From Pyrodictium abyssi (lineage in GTDB: Archaea; Thermoproteota; Thermoprotei_A; Sulfolobales; Pyrodictiaceae), in the NCBI RefSeq assembly GCF_036323395.1, contig NZ_AP028907.1:1950001-1982000 (forward strand): a DNA stretch of 32,000 nucleotides, in the 5' to 3' direction. A model generated the notes under the pieces. It was not told the DNA's origin. It ran no database searches and saw only the letters and a program-made list of their open reading frames with translations. Shown here piece by piece: positions 13,929 to 23,642 of the stretch (within the stretch, counting starts at the first letter, position 1; every line of letters starts with the position of its first letter). A program made the position numbers and the translations under genes.

Positions 13929-14378
13929 TTAGACAGCCATAGCCTGCTTTAGCCTAGCTATTTTGGCTGCTAACCAGTTGGCTAGCACGGGGCACGTAGT
14001 TGGATCGAAGAAGCCCCCGTTATGGCAGCGCTCGAGGTTCTTGCAGCTGAAGCACGGTACCTCTATCACGCTGCCTATCTTTATATCGATAGTAACTGCT
14101 TGCTTTGAACGCTTGGCTATGAAGAGCTTGTATGTGCGCCTGCCTTTGTGTACTGTTGGCTCACGTGTTATGAGGCCCTTCTTGAGGAGCCTTAGAGCCA
14201 GCCTCGAACCTTCTCGGCTGTCAAGACCTAGGGTTTTCCATAGTTCGTGCTGGTAGATGCCCTCGTCTCCATGGGCCTTGATTATCTCGAGAGCCTTTGC
14301 CTCGAGGTCCTCGAGGCTCTTCTTCTCGCCGACGGAGGGCTCGATAGCGGCTGCCAAGGCCTCTAAATCCCCCACCAT
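13929..14378 (-). CDS. winged-helix protein with a C-terminal 4-Cys motif; candidate TFE-beta (RPC34/hRPC39-like)
   Basis: WH region: 'IYQHELWKTLGLDSREGSRLALRLLKKGLITRE'. C-terminus: 'CFSCKNLERCHNGGFFDPTTCP' (Cx2Cx5Cx11C). It neighbours the TFB gene. Confidence 0.5.
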   Translation of the reverse strand: MVGDLEALAAAIEPSVGEKKSLEDLEAKALEIIKAHGDEGIYQHELWKTLGLDSREGSRLALRLLKKGLITREPTVHKGRRTYKLFIAKRSKQAVTIDIKIGSVIEVPCFSCKNLERCHNGGFFDPTTCPVLANWLAAKIARLKQAMAV

Positions 14379-14764
14379 GCACCGGTTCTACATTTGTGAT
14401 TGTTGGTATTCTCCCGGGGTGCCCGGGTGGACACCATGACTTTGTGTATGTCTGGGCTGGCCCTATAACCTTATCCCAATCTGGTTCTACGGTTTACCAT
14501 GCTCAGAGCATAATGAAGCAGCATAAGGACCGGTCTATAAAATCGTTGTGTAGCTAAAGAGAGGCTAGGCCAAACTATAGGAGTACAACAATAATAGGAG
14601 AACGTAGCCAGGGCAGCAGCGTGTTAGAGATAGAATCCTGAGGTATATGATCAGGAGTAGTGGAAAATGCTAACAGTATTATGCCCGGCAGCCGTGAAAA
14701 CAAGTCATGCCCAAAAGCTACGTGAGGCCACATATCGCGTCAAAGTGTTTAATGCGACTACTGT

Positions 14765-15646
14765 TTAGAGTCGTACCTCGATATAGAAGTTGTCGACTAT
14801 GTCGCGGTACCGGTTGCGTATGGTAGCATCGGTTACACCTATAGCCTTAGCCACCGTTAGCTGGTTTCTCTTCTGGTCAAGCAGTATAGAAGACACGTAC
14901 ACAGCGGCAGCCGCCAGGGCCTCTGGTGGCTTCCCCTGCGCAAGTCCTGTCCTTGCAAGCAGTACAGTAAACCTTGTAGCCAGTGCCTCAACTTCACCGC
15001 TCAGCCCAAGCTTAGATGCTATTCTAGACACGTACATCTGCGGCTTAGGTGGCGTAGCAACACGAACCTTTAGCCTGGTCACTATACGGCGGTAAGCTCT
15101 CCATACGTCTTGCTCGTTGAGGCCAAGTATATCGGCGGCATCACGCATAGTAAGGGGGTGCCTTTCGATACGTGCAGCAACTACAGCAGCAGCCGCGAGA
15201 TACTCGTTCACGTTATTCTTCTTTATCATGCCGAGGGATTGTAGCTGTCTAACGATACGGGCCATCGTCTCTGCTACGCGTGACGGCAGCTGCAGTCTTG
15301 TCGCTACACGGTTGGCTTCCTGGAGCACCTTGATGAGCTTCTTGTGGCCGTGGCTCCGCAGGCTCGCTTGTATAGCAATGAGCTTCCGTGCACGTATATC
15401 GTTCCTAGGAGCATAGATGTACGTCGTAAGACCCTTGTCGTGTACACGCTCCGTAAGCGGCGCGCCTACACGGCTCCTCCTTGTTCTATCCTCCTCGGTA
15501 AAGCTGCGCCACTCGGGCCCAGAGTCTATAGGCGACTCCTCAATAACATAGCCGCACGATGTACATACCAGCCTACCGTCGCTCTGCCTACGTGCATACA
15601 GACGTAGAGGTGAGCCACAGTTCGGGCACTTGTCAGACATAATCAT
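14765..15646 (-). CDS. tfb: transcription initiation factor B (TFIIB homologue)
   Basis: N-terminal zinc ribbon 'CPNCGSPLR...CTSCGYV', followed by two cyclin-like repeats. Confidence 0.92.
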   Translation of the reverse strand: MIMSDKCPNCGSPLRLYARRQSDGRLVCTSCGYVIEESPIDSGPEWRSFTEEDRTRRSRVGAPLTERVHDKGLTTYIYAPRNDIRARKLIAIQASLRSHGHKKLIKVLQEANRVATRLQLPSRVAETMARIVRQLQSLGMIKKNNVNEYLAAAAVVAARIERHPLTMRDAADILGLNEQDVWRAYRRIVTRLKVRVATPPKPQMYVSRIASKLGLSGEVEALATRFTVLLARTGLAQGKPPEALAAAAVYVSSILLDQKRNQLTVAKAIGVTDATIRNRYRDIVDNFYIEVRL

Positions 15647-16062
15647 CTCTTACCCCTCCTGCCGCGCGGCCTCCCGCCTCCGCCACCCCCTCTACGCCGC
15701 TCTCCACGCCTGGGCTGCCCTCTCCCAGCGCCCTGGCGGCGCGCCTCTGTCCTCTGTTTCCCGCCTTTACGCTGGCGTGGTGGCTTCCTCGCCTGCCTCC
15801 TGCCACGTCTCCGCCGCGGAGTAGGCGGCCTATAGTAGAGCCTCGTGCCCTCCCCAACCCGTACTTCGCGTGATGAAGGCTTAACTACTGCGTAGGGGGA
15901 GGCAACAGGGCCAATTATGTCCAGGAGTATACCCACCCTGTTCATGTCCTCGTCGTAGACTGCAGTATTGAGTGGCGGTACACTGTCGTCTTCTCTCTCT
16001 AGCTTTGCTACTATGTACCCATTAGGGGTCGTGTGAAGCACCGTGCCAAGCCTCTTCAGCAT
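15643..16062 (-). CDS. gar1: H/ACA RNP protein Gar1 with a long Arg/Gly-rich C-terminal tail
   Basis: 'LGTVLHTTPNGYIVAKL...VYDEDMNRVGILLDIIGPVASPYAVVKP'. It has a 4-nt overlap with the tfb start. Confidence 0.85.
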   Translation of the reverse strand: MLKRLGTVLHTTPNGYIVAKLEREDDSVPPLNTAVYDEDMNRVGILLDIIGPVASPYAVVKPSSREVRVGEGTRLYYRPPTPRRRRGRRQARKPPRQRKGGKQRTEARRQGAGRGQPRRGERRRGGGGGGRPRGRRGKR

Positions 16063-16191
16063 AAGACGTGCCCTCGTTGCTGGGGGTGGCGGGCGGCTCC
16101 TATTAGTTACAATGAAGTAATCAGAATAGGGGGACGAAGCGGGTTAAAAGCCACAGGACCCGTAGTACCGAGCCATCCAGGCGGTACGGCA

Positions 16192-17106
16192 TTGAACGAA
16201 GGTATAGCCATAGTAGGCTGCGGGCCAGTGGGGCTATTCCTGGCAGCTAGCATTGCGTCAGCAGGGTACAGGCCGAAGCTACTATGCCTCAGCGCTGATA
16301 GTGCTACGCTCCTTCTGCAGAGAGAGATACGTGTACACCATGGCGGGGGTGAAGCCAGGGCAAGGGTGTCGGTGGCCCATGTATCGGCGGCTAGAGGCGA
16401 GTATGACTACGTAGTAGTGGCGTCTAGGCTAAACAACATAGAGGAAGCGTTCAGCTCCGTTAAGGCCCTCTTGTCCCCTGAGGGCGGCGTGATACTGGTC
16501 CAGCCATCGCCTTATGTTCTCGAGCTCAGCGAAAGCCTAGGGGTAAAAGTGGCTGGCGTGATAGGCCTGTACACGTGTATAAGGAAGATAGGTGTTGGCG
16601 AGATAGAGTGGCCTGGGACGGGTGTTCTCCGCATTGCAGTGGCGGATCCCAGCGTGGACACTGTGAGGCGCATTGTCAGAGTCCCCGGCCTCCGGACGGA
16701 GGATAAGGGTGGGCTAGTGAAAGAGCTGCTATGGGACTACAGCATAGTTGCGGCAGCGCTCCAGCCCATATCAGCGGTGCTGGGCCTCCCGTATTCGAGG
16801 CTCTGGAGGCTACGTTATGCCCGCGAGCTAGCTACTCTGGTAGCAGGGGAGGCCGAGAGAATAGCAGAGAAGGCAGGCGTGAAGCTATGGAGGAGGGCGA
16901 ACGAAGCCCTCGAGGAGGCAGCGAGCGTTAGAGGGTGTATGCCAAGGATGCTCCAGGATGTTAATGAGCGCAGGGAGACGGAGGCAGACTACATACTAGG
17001 CTACTTCCTGAAACAGGCTATAAGATACGACGTCTATACACCGTACATGGACTCGGTATACCTAATGGTTAAGGCAGTCGAGGAAGGTATGAGGAACGTC
17101 GCCTAG
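16192..17106 (+). CDS. 2-dehydropantoate 2-reductase (PanE/ApbA) family oxidoreductase
   Basis: Rossmann motif 'IAIVGCGPVGLFLA'. C-terminal 'MLQDVNERRETEADYILGYF' (cf. S.lqD...gr.tEid). Track ORF 16033 overlaps gar1. The in-frame TTG at 16192 is preferred, with 'ttaaaag' ~45 nt upstream. Confidence 0.65.
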   Translation: MNEGIAIVGCGPVGLFLAASIASAGYRPKLLCLSADSATLLLQREIRVHHGGGEARARVSVAHVSAARGEYDYVVVASRLNNIEEAFSSVKALLSPEGGVILVQPSPYVLELSESLGVKVAGVIGLYTCIRKIGVGEIEWPGTGVLRIAVADPSVDTVRRIVRVPGLRTEDKGGLVKELLWDYSIVAAALQPISAVLGLPYSRLWRLRYARELATLVAGEAERIAEKAGVKLWRRANEALEEAASVRGCMPRMLQDVNERRETEADYILGYFLKQAIRYDVYTPYMDSVYLMVKAVEEGMRNVA

Positions 17107-17141
17107 ACGACATTTATGCTCGGTGCAGCGGTGTATAGGTA

Positions 17142-18497
17142 ATGGCTCTGAGGATCGGCAAGAGGCACGTCAAGGCTCTTATCGAGGTACTTGAGGTGTC
17201 AGAGAGGATAAAGCCATTCCAGGTTGTCAAGAGGAGGGTTTTCGCGAAGTATGGTATTCTCGGTACACGCTATGACAGTGTGTTCACAGCGGTAGTGTAC
17301 AAGATGTACCGTATGCAAGGCATACTAGACAAGATAGTGGCGAGTAGAGCGGCTATAGAGCCGTCAAGGCTTCCGGCAGCACTACGGCAGGCAGCAAGAC
17401 TAGCTGTAGTCCTGGCAATGTTCGACGATGTAGGCGACGAGGAGTTCAATAACACGGTGATAACCGGTGTTACGCGACTCCTTAGGGCGCGGTTCGGCGA
17501 CAAAGCAGAAACAGTGTCGAGCCTCTACCGGAGCCTCCTGAGAGAGCCATGGAAGCCCGGAGATAGGATAGAAGAGCTCGAGCTACGCTACCTCCTCCCC
17601 GGCTTGCTGATAAGGAGGCTAGAGAATATACTAGGCCGCGAGGAGCTCGAGCATTTTGCGAGGGCGGTGAATACCCGGAGGCCTATCCTAGGATTCCGTG
17701 TTAATAGGCTCAAGACAAGCGTAGACAAGGTTGTGCGGGCGCTCAGAGACCACGGGGTAGAAGCCTGGGAGAGCACTAGAGTGCCCTGGCATGTGAGGTA
17801 CCGTGGCCAGCTAGACTATAATAACTTCAAGCCGCTGCTAGCCGGCGAAGTAGTGCCACAGGACGAGGCAAGCGCTGCAGCCGGAGAGGTACTAGGCGCG
17901 AGGCCGGGCGAACTCATTGTAGATATGTGTGCAGCGCCCGGCGGGAAGACCACGCATCTGGCAGAGATAGCTCATAATAAAGCCAGGATAGTTGCTCTCG
18001 ACGTGTTTAGCGACCGTATGGAGAGGCTCCTGGACCTAGCTAGAAGGACCGGCACGATACCATCCATTGACCCCGTTATAGGTGACGCCCGGAAGGCGTC
18101 TCTCGCTCTGCGTCTCCACGCTGACCGCGTGCTGCTAGACCCTCCCTGCACCAGCACTGGCGCGTTAGCGAAGCATCCCGAAGCCCGCTGGAGGCTCACG
18201 GAGACAGCGATAAAGAAGCAGGTAGAGAGGCAGCGTGTCATGCTACTAGAGGCGGTTAGACTGCTCAAACCAGGTGGACTCCTACTCTATACCGTGTGCA
18301 GCGTTCTTCCCGAAGAGGGAGAGTACAATATACAATGGCTCCTAGACAGTAGGAGTGACATCGAACTAGTGCCGATTCAAGGCCCCTACGACGAGTCACC
18401 GATCCTACCAGGAACCATGAGGGCATGGCCACATAGGCACGAGACTACTGGATTCTTCTACGCATTGATACGCAAGCGGCCAGCTATAGGCTCCTAG
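17142..18497 (+). CDS. NOL1/NOP2/Sun (RsmB-like) RNA cytosine-C5 methyltransferase
   Basis: 'DMCAAPGGKTTHLAE' (SAM motif I), 'LDPPCTSTGA' (motif IV PC) and 'LLYTVCSVLPEEGE' (motif VI TC). Confidence 0.85.
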   Translation: MALRIGKRHVKALIEVLEVSERIKPFQVVKRRVFAKYGILGTRYDSVFTAVVYKMYRMQGILDKIVASRAAIEPSRLPAALRQAARLAVVLAMFDDVGDEEFNNTVITGVTRLLRARFGDKAETVSSLYRSLLREPWKPGDRIEELELRYLLPGLLIRRLENILGREELEHFARAVNTRRPILGFRVNRLKTSVDKVVRALRDHGVEAWESTRVPWHVRYRGQLDYNNFKPLLAGEVVPQDEASAAAGEVLGARPGELIVDMCAAPGGKTTHLAEIAHNKARIVALDVFSDRMERLLDLARRTGTIPSIDPVIGDARKASLALRLHADRVLLDPPCTSTGALAKHPEARWRLTETAIKKQVERQRVMLLEAVRLLKPGGLLLYTVCSVLPEEGEYNIQWLLDSRSDIELVPIQGPYDESPILPGTMRAWPHRHETTGFFYALIRKRPAIGS

Positions 18498-18556
18498 CGG
18501 TGTAGGCATATACCCCTAGCCGGGGAGAGCTGCATACTGCAGGGTACTGGGGAGCA

Positions 18557-19150
18557 TTGACGACGCAGCAGGCATGCCTAGTAGCAGTAGGCTCTACTAA
18601 CCCCGTTAAGGTGAACGCTGTAAGGCGTGCAATAAGGCTGCTATGCCTAGCCGACGTGCAGGGAGTAGAAGTAGATAGTGGTGTGCCGTCACAGCCACTC
18701 GGCGCCCATGAGATAGTCCTAGGGGCTGTAAACCGGGCGGTAAACGCTCTAAGAAAGCTAGACGCCGACTACGGTGTAGGCGTAGAGGCGGGTGTGGTAG
18801 AGACTGGTATAGAGCCGCTAGAGCTACAGGCAGCGGCCATAGTGGACCGGGAGGGCTACGTGACAGTCGGGCTGAGCCAGGCTTTCCCGCTTCCCCGTGA
18901 CTGGATAAGCGAGCGGAATAACAGAGTAGAGCTGGGAACTATCGCCGCAAGAATAACTGGGCGCAAGGGTATCGGGGAGAAGCTGGGCCTCATAGGCTAC
19001 CTTACAGCAGGCCTTGTAACCCGGACAGACCTCGCATACAATGCCGTGGTGATGGCACTAGTCCCCAGGCTGAACCCGAGCCTATACAAGAGCCTCCCGC
19101 GCATAGACGAGATAATCGAGAAGCTAAGAAGGGAAAAGCAGAGCTTATAG
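18557..19150 (+). CDS. inosine/xanthosine triphosphatase (YjjX / DUF84 family NTPase)
   Basis: 'VAVGSTNPVKVNAVRRA' and 'VDSGVPSQPLGAHEIVLGAVNRA'. Confidence 0.7.
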   Translation: MTTQQACLVAVGSTNPVKVNAVRRAIRLLCLADVQGVEVDSGVPSQPLGAHEIVLGAVNRAVNALRKLDADYGVGVEAGVVETGIEPLELQAAAIVDREGYVTVGLSQAFPLPRDWISERNNRVELGTIAARITGRKGIGEKLGLIGYLTAGLVTRTDLAYNAVVMALVPRLNPSLYKSLPRIDEIIEKLRREKQSL

Positions 19151-19193
19151 CCAGGCAAGCCCTGGTGGCATTACCGCCGGGGGCGAAGGCTAG

Positions 19194-19589
19194 ATGGGCG
19201 TATACCAGGGTAACGACCTCAAGAAGCCCACTGGAGGCAGAAAGTGGCCACACCAGAAGGTAAAGAGGAAGTACTGGATGGGCAGGTACCCCACTCACAC
19301 AAGGCTAGCGGACAAGGAGGTACGCCAGCTGATAAGAGTACGTGGAGGCAACTACAAGGTAAGGCTAAAGCGCGCAGTATACGCTAACGTAGTCGACCCT
19401 GAGACAAAGACCGCCAAGAAGGTGAAGATACTACGCGTTTTAGAGACGCCTGCAAACCCCCACTATGCACGCGCCAACATAATAACCAAGGGGACTATCA
19501 TAGAGACTGAGCTCGGCAAGGCCGTCGTAACCTCCCGCCCAGGCCAGGATGGCGTCATAAACGCTGTACTAGTGGAAAAGAAGCAGTAA
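19194..19589 (+). CDS. rps8e: 30S ribosomal protein S8e
   Basis: '[12 protein letters not shown]...KRKYWMGR' and '[14 protein letters not shown]'. Confidence 0.9.
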   Translation: MGVYQGNDLKKPTGGRKWPHQKVKRKYWMGRYPTHTRLADKEVRQLIRVRGGNYKVRLKRAVYANVVDPETKTAKKVKILRVLETPANPHYARANIITKGTIIETELGKAVVTSRPGQDGVINAVLVEKKQ

Positions 19590-19632
19590 AGCGCTAGACT
19601 AAATCCAATAGGATATTTTACAAAGTCGTTTC

Positions 19633-20862
19633 TCACCGTGGGAGCATACTGGCGAGCCTCTTCAGCCTATCCAATGCTCTCTTTCGGCTCTTCTCGTCAA
19701 GCCTAGCCTCCTCAACTACCTTCTCAAGGAACTCTATCACTTTCTCGGCATAGTCTCGGCGGAACGGGTACGGAACACCGTCCTTTCCTCCAGCTATGTA
19801 TGCGTACCTGAATGGGTCGATGGGGGTATTCGCTGGATCCCTGTGGCTTACGGGGACGCCGTATATTATCTCGGCTACGAGCGCCAGGCTGCGCAGCGTG
19901 GCGGGCCCGACACCCTCGACCAGTATGAGTTCTTCTATATTTCTGGGCGAGACTTCGTGGACCTTGTTTAGAACCTTCTCTATGTGGCGAGGAGGCCTGC
20001 TCTGCGGACGATAGTACCTAGCATACATCCTCAAGGCTTCGAGGGAGCTTGTAGGCCTGTTCGCCTGGAATGATGAGAGAGGCACGACCCCCTTTACCAG
20101 GGTGTACGCTTGGCGTATCTGGTGCAAGAGCTTACGGGGGTTCTCGCGTACAAGGTCAAGTATAGTGCTGCGAGCCTCGCTACTAGCTCGGCTCGTCATA
20201 TCTATTACAAAGTTCTCTCTTTTGATAGAGGCTATCGCTTTGTGGGGCTCCAGTGTTGGTATAGGAGGCAGAGGCTTCGCCCAGTGGTAGCGTCTTGCAA
20301 GCCTTGCCTCTAGGTTCATTCCCTGCTGTATTATAGTCCACTTGCCAGTACTAGACACTATGACCGCGTGATGGTACAACTGGTATCCGTCCTGAAGCAG
20401 CACAGAATCAGTCTTGGCCGAGAGTTTCGAGACGAGTTTAAGCTCCTCAACGGCCGAGGAAGGCATGTTGAACGTCTCGGCTATACTCTCTATCTCGCGG
20501 GGCGCCTCCCTAGCTTTCTCGCCCTTGCCACCGGCTACGGCTATGCCCAGGCCGGGATCCTCCATAGCTACCTGTTTCACTATGCCAATAGTCACTGTAG
20601 TGGAGCCACTGCTGTCCCAATCCATGCCAATAGCGTTGTTAAATGCCTGGAACCATATAGGGTCTGAAAACCACTCGACAACCCTATCCGGCCCATGAAT
20701 CTCAACCATCACAGAGAGCATAGCCTTGGCTAGCCTCTTCATGTAGCGCGCAAGCCATGCAGGTACATGGCCGTCATGGAGAGGCAGTTCAGCTATGCCC
20801 TGCATCCCCGCACTACCCGGGGCTCGGCCTACTGGTACAGTATTTGGCGCCCTGGAGTACAT
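19633..20862 (-). CDS. DUF763-family protein
   Basis: 'LPLHDGHVPAWLARYMKRLA...FSDPIWFQAFNNAIGMDWDSSGSTTV'. The start may instead be the internal 'MQGIAEL'. Confidence 0.65.
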   Translation of the reverse strand: MYSRAPNTVPVGRAPGSAGMQGIAELPLHDGHVPAWLARYMKRLAKAMLSVMVEIHGPDRVVEWFSDPIWFQAFNNAIGMDWDSSGSTTVTIGIVKQVAMEDPGLGIAVAGGKGEKAREAPREIESIAETFNMPSSAVEELKLVSKLSAKTDSVLLQDGYQLYHHAVIVSSTGKWTIIQQGMNLEARLARRYHWAKPLPPIPTLEPHKAIASIKRENFVIDMTSRASSEARSTILDLVRENPRKLLHQIRQAYTLVKGVVPLSSFQANRPTSSLEALRMYARYYRPQSRPPRHIEKVLNKVHEVSPRNIEELILVEGVGPATLRSLALVAEIIYGVPVSHRDPANTPIDPFRYAYIAGGKDGVPYPFRRDYAEKVIEFLEKVVEEARLDEKSRKRALDRLKRLASMLPR

Positions 20863-20875
20863 ACCCCTTCGCTAT

Positions 20876-22003
20876 TCACCACAGTATAGAGGGGAACCTG
20901 CTCAATACTCTAGCACCTTTGCGTGTAACTAGAACCAGCTCCTCTATCCTCACGCCGAACTTCCCAGGAATATAGACGCCAGGCTCTACAGTTACCACCA
21001 TTCCCTCACGAAGCTCTACATCGCTCCTGTAGGATATGCGTGGCTTCTCGTGAACCTCTATGCCTACTCCGTGGCCGAGACTGTGTATAAAGTACTTGTC
21101 AAGACCGTTCGACGCTAGCACACGGCGCGCCGCCTCATAGACCTCGTGTGCCGAGACACCGGGTCTGATAGCGTCTATAGCCGTGTATACAGCTTCGTGT
21201 ACGGCCTCCGCTACTTTCCTAAACTCTGTGGTGGCCCCGTCCATAAGGGTCCTGGTTATGTCGCTGCAGTATCCCTTGTATACGGCGCCAAGATCTATGA
21301 GCACGGGCTGTGGCTTGTAGCCTAGTACTCGGCGCGGAGAGGGCTCTGCATGTGGATACACAGTGTTCTCGCCAAATGCTACTATCGTTGGGAAGGCGTG
21401 GTCTATGGCGCCTCTCCGCCTCATCTCATACTCGATGATAGCTGCTATCTCCGCCTCACTCATGTCAGCTTCAAGGCTAGATATGGCTGTGTTAAGCGCT
21501 GCCTCCGCTATCTCGGTTGCCACCTCTATGCGCTCTATCTCCCATGGCTCCTTAGTAGCCCTCATATCCTCCACAGCCCCAGATACGTCCTCCACGGTGA
21601 ATGATTTCTCGAGCTTCTTCACAAGGGTTATGGAATCTGTTTCGACGAGTAGCTTGCAGCCATCCTGAAACATGGATGATATGACGTCGCTTGCTCTACC
21701 AGTAACCAGCTTATAGTCGTCTGTGGCATCCAGTGCAAGCCCGCCAGGAAGCCCATAAGGTGTAAAGGCTACGACATCCAGATAGCCCTCTAGTGCTTCC
21801 TCGGTTAGAGCCTTCTTAGCGCGTAGGAACTCTAGCGCAGGGACGAGTAATGTAAACGAATCGTCAGCAATACTGTAGACCAGGTAGCCCGGGCCCCGGA
21901 ACCCAGTAAAGTAGAATACACTAGCCTCAGTGGACACGACGATTCCGCACGCGTTTCTCTGCTCGGCTAGACTCCTAAGCTTCTGGAGCAGCGCATGACG
22001 CAT
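20876..22003 (-). CDS. pepQ: Xaa-Pro dipeptidase/aminopeptidase (peptidase M24B)
   Basis: 'DLGAVYKGYCSDITRT', 'HSLGHGVGIEVHEKP' and 'MVVTVEPGVY'. Confidence 0.85.
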   Translation of the reverse strand: MRHALLQKLRSLAEQRNACGIVVSTEASVFYFTGFRGPGYLVYSIADDSFTLLVPALEFLRAKKALTEEALEGYLDVVAFTPYGLPGGLALDATDDYKLVTGRASDVISSMFQDGCKLLVETDSITLVKKLEKSFTVEDVSGAVEDMRATKEPWEIERIEVATEIAEAALNTAISSLEADMSEAEIAAIIEYEMRRRGAIDHAFPTIVAFGENTVYPHAEPSPRRVLGYKPQPVLIDLGAVYKGYCSDITRTLMDGATTEFRKVAEAVHEAVYTAIDAIRPGVSAHEVYEAARRVLASNGLDKYFIHSLGHGVGIEVHEKPRISYRSDVELREGMVVTVEPGVYIPGKFGVRIEELVLVTRKGARVLSRFPSILW

Positions 22004-22075
22004 AGCTGGTGCACCCTAGACTAGCAGCTGTGCCTTCTCCCGCCGGACAACTTGTATCACCCCGGTACATGGAAA

Positions 22076-22624
22076 TTAAGAGCTTCCGCGAGCCCTATAC
22101 CCGCAGAGCCTCTCTAGCAGCTCTTCTACCGAATCGAAGTATTCGATGCAGCGTCCTATGCGGTCATCTACTACGCCGTCTCTGAAGCAGTTGGCAAACT
22201 TGTCGGTTGGCAGGCCAGACCCCTTGAGGAAGAACACTGGTACCCCATAGCTACACGCTATGAAAACCTCGAATAGCGTCCCTATAGCGCCCCCAAGAGC
22301 CACTACCACGTCGCCACTGCGTACGAGGATGCTACTCCTTTCACGGGTATCCAGGCCAGTCCTAACAACTATGGAGCCCTCAGGGTAGACATCCCCCTCG
22401 TAGCCTCGTGGGATCACGAACACTATGGGGAGCCCGGCATCTCTCGCAGCATCAGCTACTTCGCGCATGAGACCACGGTATCCGCCAAGCAGCACAACTG
22501 AGCCAGGACGACAAGCCCCAAGGCCATGTACCAGGCGGCGTGCTTGCTGGCGCAGCTCTTCTGGCGCGTTGCCGCTATAGGCGGCTATGACAACTTGCAG
22601 AGGCATGACACCCAGCCCCGGCAT
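22076..22624 (-). CDS. TIGR00725 / LOG-like (SLOG fold) protein
   Basis: 'LLGGYRGLMREVADAARDAGLPIVFVIP' and 'VVALGGAIGTLFE'. Confidence 0.65.
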   Translation of the reverse strand: MPGLGVMPLQVVIAAYSGNAPEELRQQARRLVHGLGACRPGSVVLLGGYRGLMREVADAARDAGLPIVFVIPRGYEGDVYPEGSIVVRTGLDTRERSSILVRSGDVVVALGGAIGTLFEVFIACSYGVPVFFLKGSGLPTDKFANCFRDGVVDDRIGRCIEYFDSVEELLERLCGYRARGSS

Positions 22625-22730
22625 ATCCGCTACAGCCAGCCAGGGGTATAGATAGTCCCTAGTCCTGGAGTGTAGCCTAAGAAACCCCGGGGCCTTAGGC
22701 GGAGAAGATTCTAACCCGGGATACTACGCG

Positions 22731-23456
22731 TTGGGCATACTGTCGGAACAGCTGCTACACCCGGTAGACGTTGTAGTAGACAGCCGTGAAGCATCAAAAA
22801 ACAAGGATATCGTCGATGAGCTGAGACGTAAAGGGCTACGCGTTGCTATACAAGCCCTAGAAGCTGGAGACTACTACCTACTCGCCAGGGATCACCGTAG
22901 GGCCCTTCTAGTAGAGCGTAAAACGGTCACAGATTTCGCCAACAGTATACGTGACAACCGTATATGGGAACAAGCAAAACTCCTAAGAGAAGCAGCACAG
23001 AAGGAGGGCGTAAAGCCGCTAATAATACTAGAAGGCTGGCTCGGCGTAATAGAGAAGCGTACGAGATGGAACATAGCGGCACTCCTAAGGATACTCGACG
23101 AACTGGTACTGGACTGGGGCATACCAGTTATACCGACGCACAACAAGAGAGCCACAGTAGCCTGGCTCGCTGCAAAAGCTAAGAGCCTAGGCAAAACGGA
23201 AGAGAAACGCGTCATACGACTGCGTGTCGAGAAAAAGCCGCTTACACTAAACGAGCGCATACTATACGTGGCGGAGGGCCTCGTGGGGCCAACACTAGCC
23301 CGCCGCCTCCTCGAGAAGTTTGGAACGCTTCGGAGGATAGCAAACGCGAGTATACAAGAGCTTATGACCGTAGATGGTATAGGAGAGAAGCGTGCAAAGG
23401 AAATATACGCGATATTCAACACGACATGGGAGCCTAACGACAAGGACGAGATGTAG
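22731..23456 (+). CDS. xpf: short-form XPF/ERCC4 structure-specific endonuclease with a C-terminal (HhH)2
   Basis: 'VVVDSRE', 'GDYYL...LLVERKTVTDFANSI' (ERCC4 GDx..ERK motif) and 'LVGPTLARRLLEKFGTL...VDGIGEKRAKEI'. Confidence 0.85.
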   Translation: MGILSEQLLHPVDVVVDSREASKNKDIVDELRRKGLRVAIQALEAGDYYLLARDHRRALLVERKTVTDFANSIRDNRIWEQAKLLREAAQKEGVKPLIILEGWLGVIEKRTRWNIAALLRILDELVLDWGIPVIPTHNKRATVAWLAAKAKSLGKTEEKRVIRLRVEKKPLTLNERILYVAEGLVGPTLARRLLEKFGTLRRIANASIQELMTVDGIGEKRAKEIYAIFNTTWEPNDKDEM

Positions 23457-23589
23457 TGGCACAGCACTACCGGAGGCAATGGCGTATGATTACTATGCGG
23501 CATAAGAAGGGTTATTTCCTGTTACGCGATGCACTCGTTGTCCTCGGATCTCCTGTTAACTAGTAATTAAACTGCCGCGGAATAGCCGA

Positions 23590-23627
23590 CCCCGGCAAAA
23601 ACCCGGTCCTGTAGCCCCGGTAAAAAC
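23590..23627 (-). terminator. two oligo-T tracts downstream of the ferredoxin gene, within a 13-nt imperfect direct repeat
   Basis: The minus strand reads ...CCTGTTTTTACCGGGG...CGGGTTTTTGCCGGGG. The plus-strand repeats are CCCCGGCAAAAAC (23590) and CCCCGGTAAAAAC (23615). Confidence 0.5.
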
Positions 23628-23642
23628 AGGATGTATGCAGCC

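Noticed and set aside
22892-23503. ORF 22892..23503 (-, 203 aa)
   Set aside because: It is a Ser-rich shadow frame antisense to the well-supported XPF gene.
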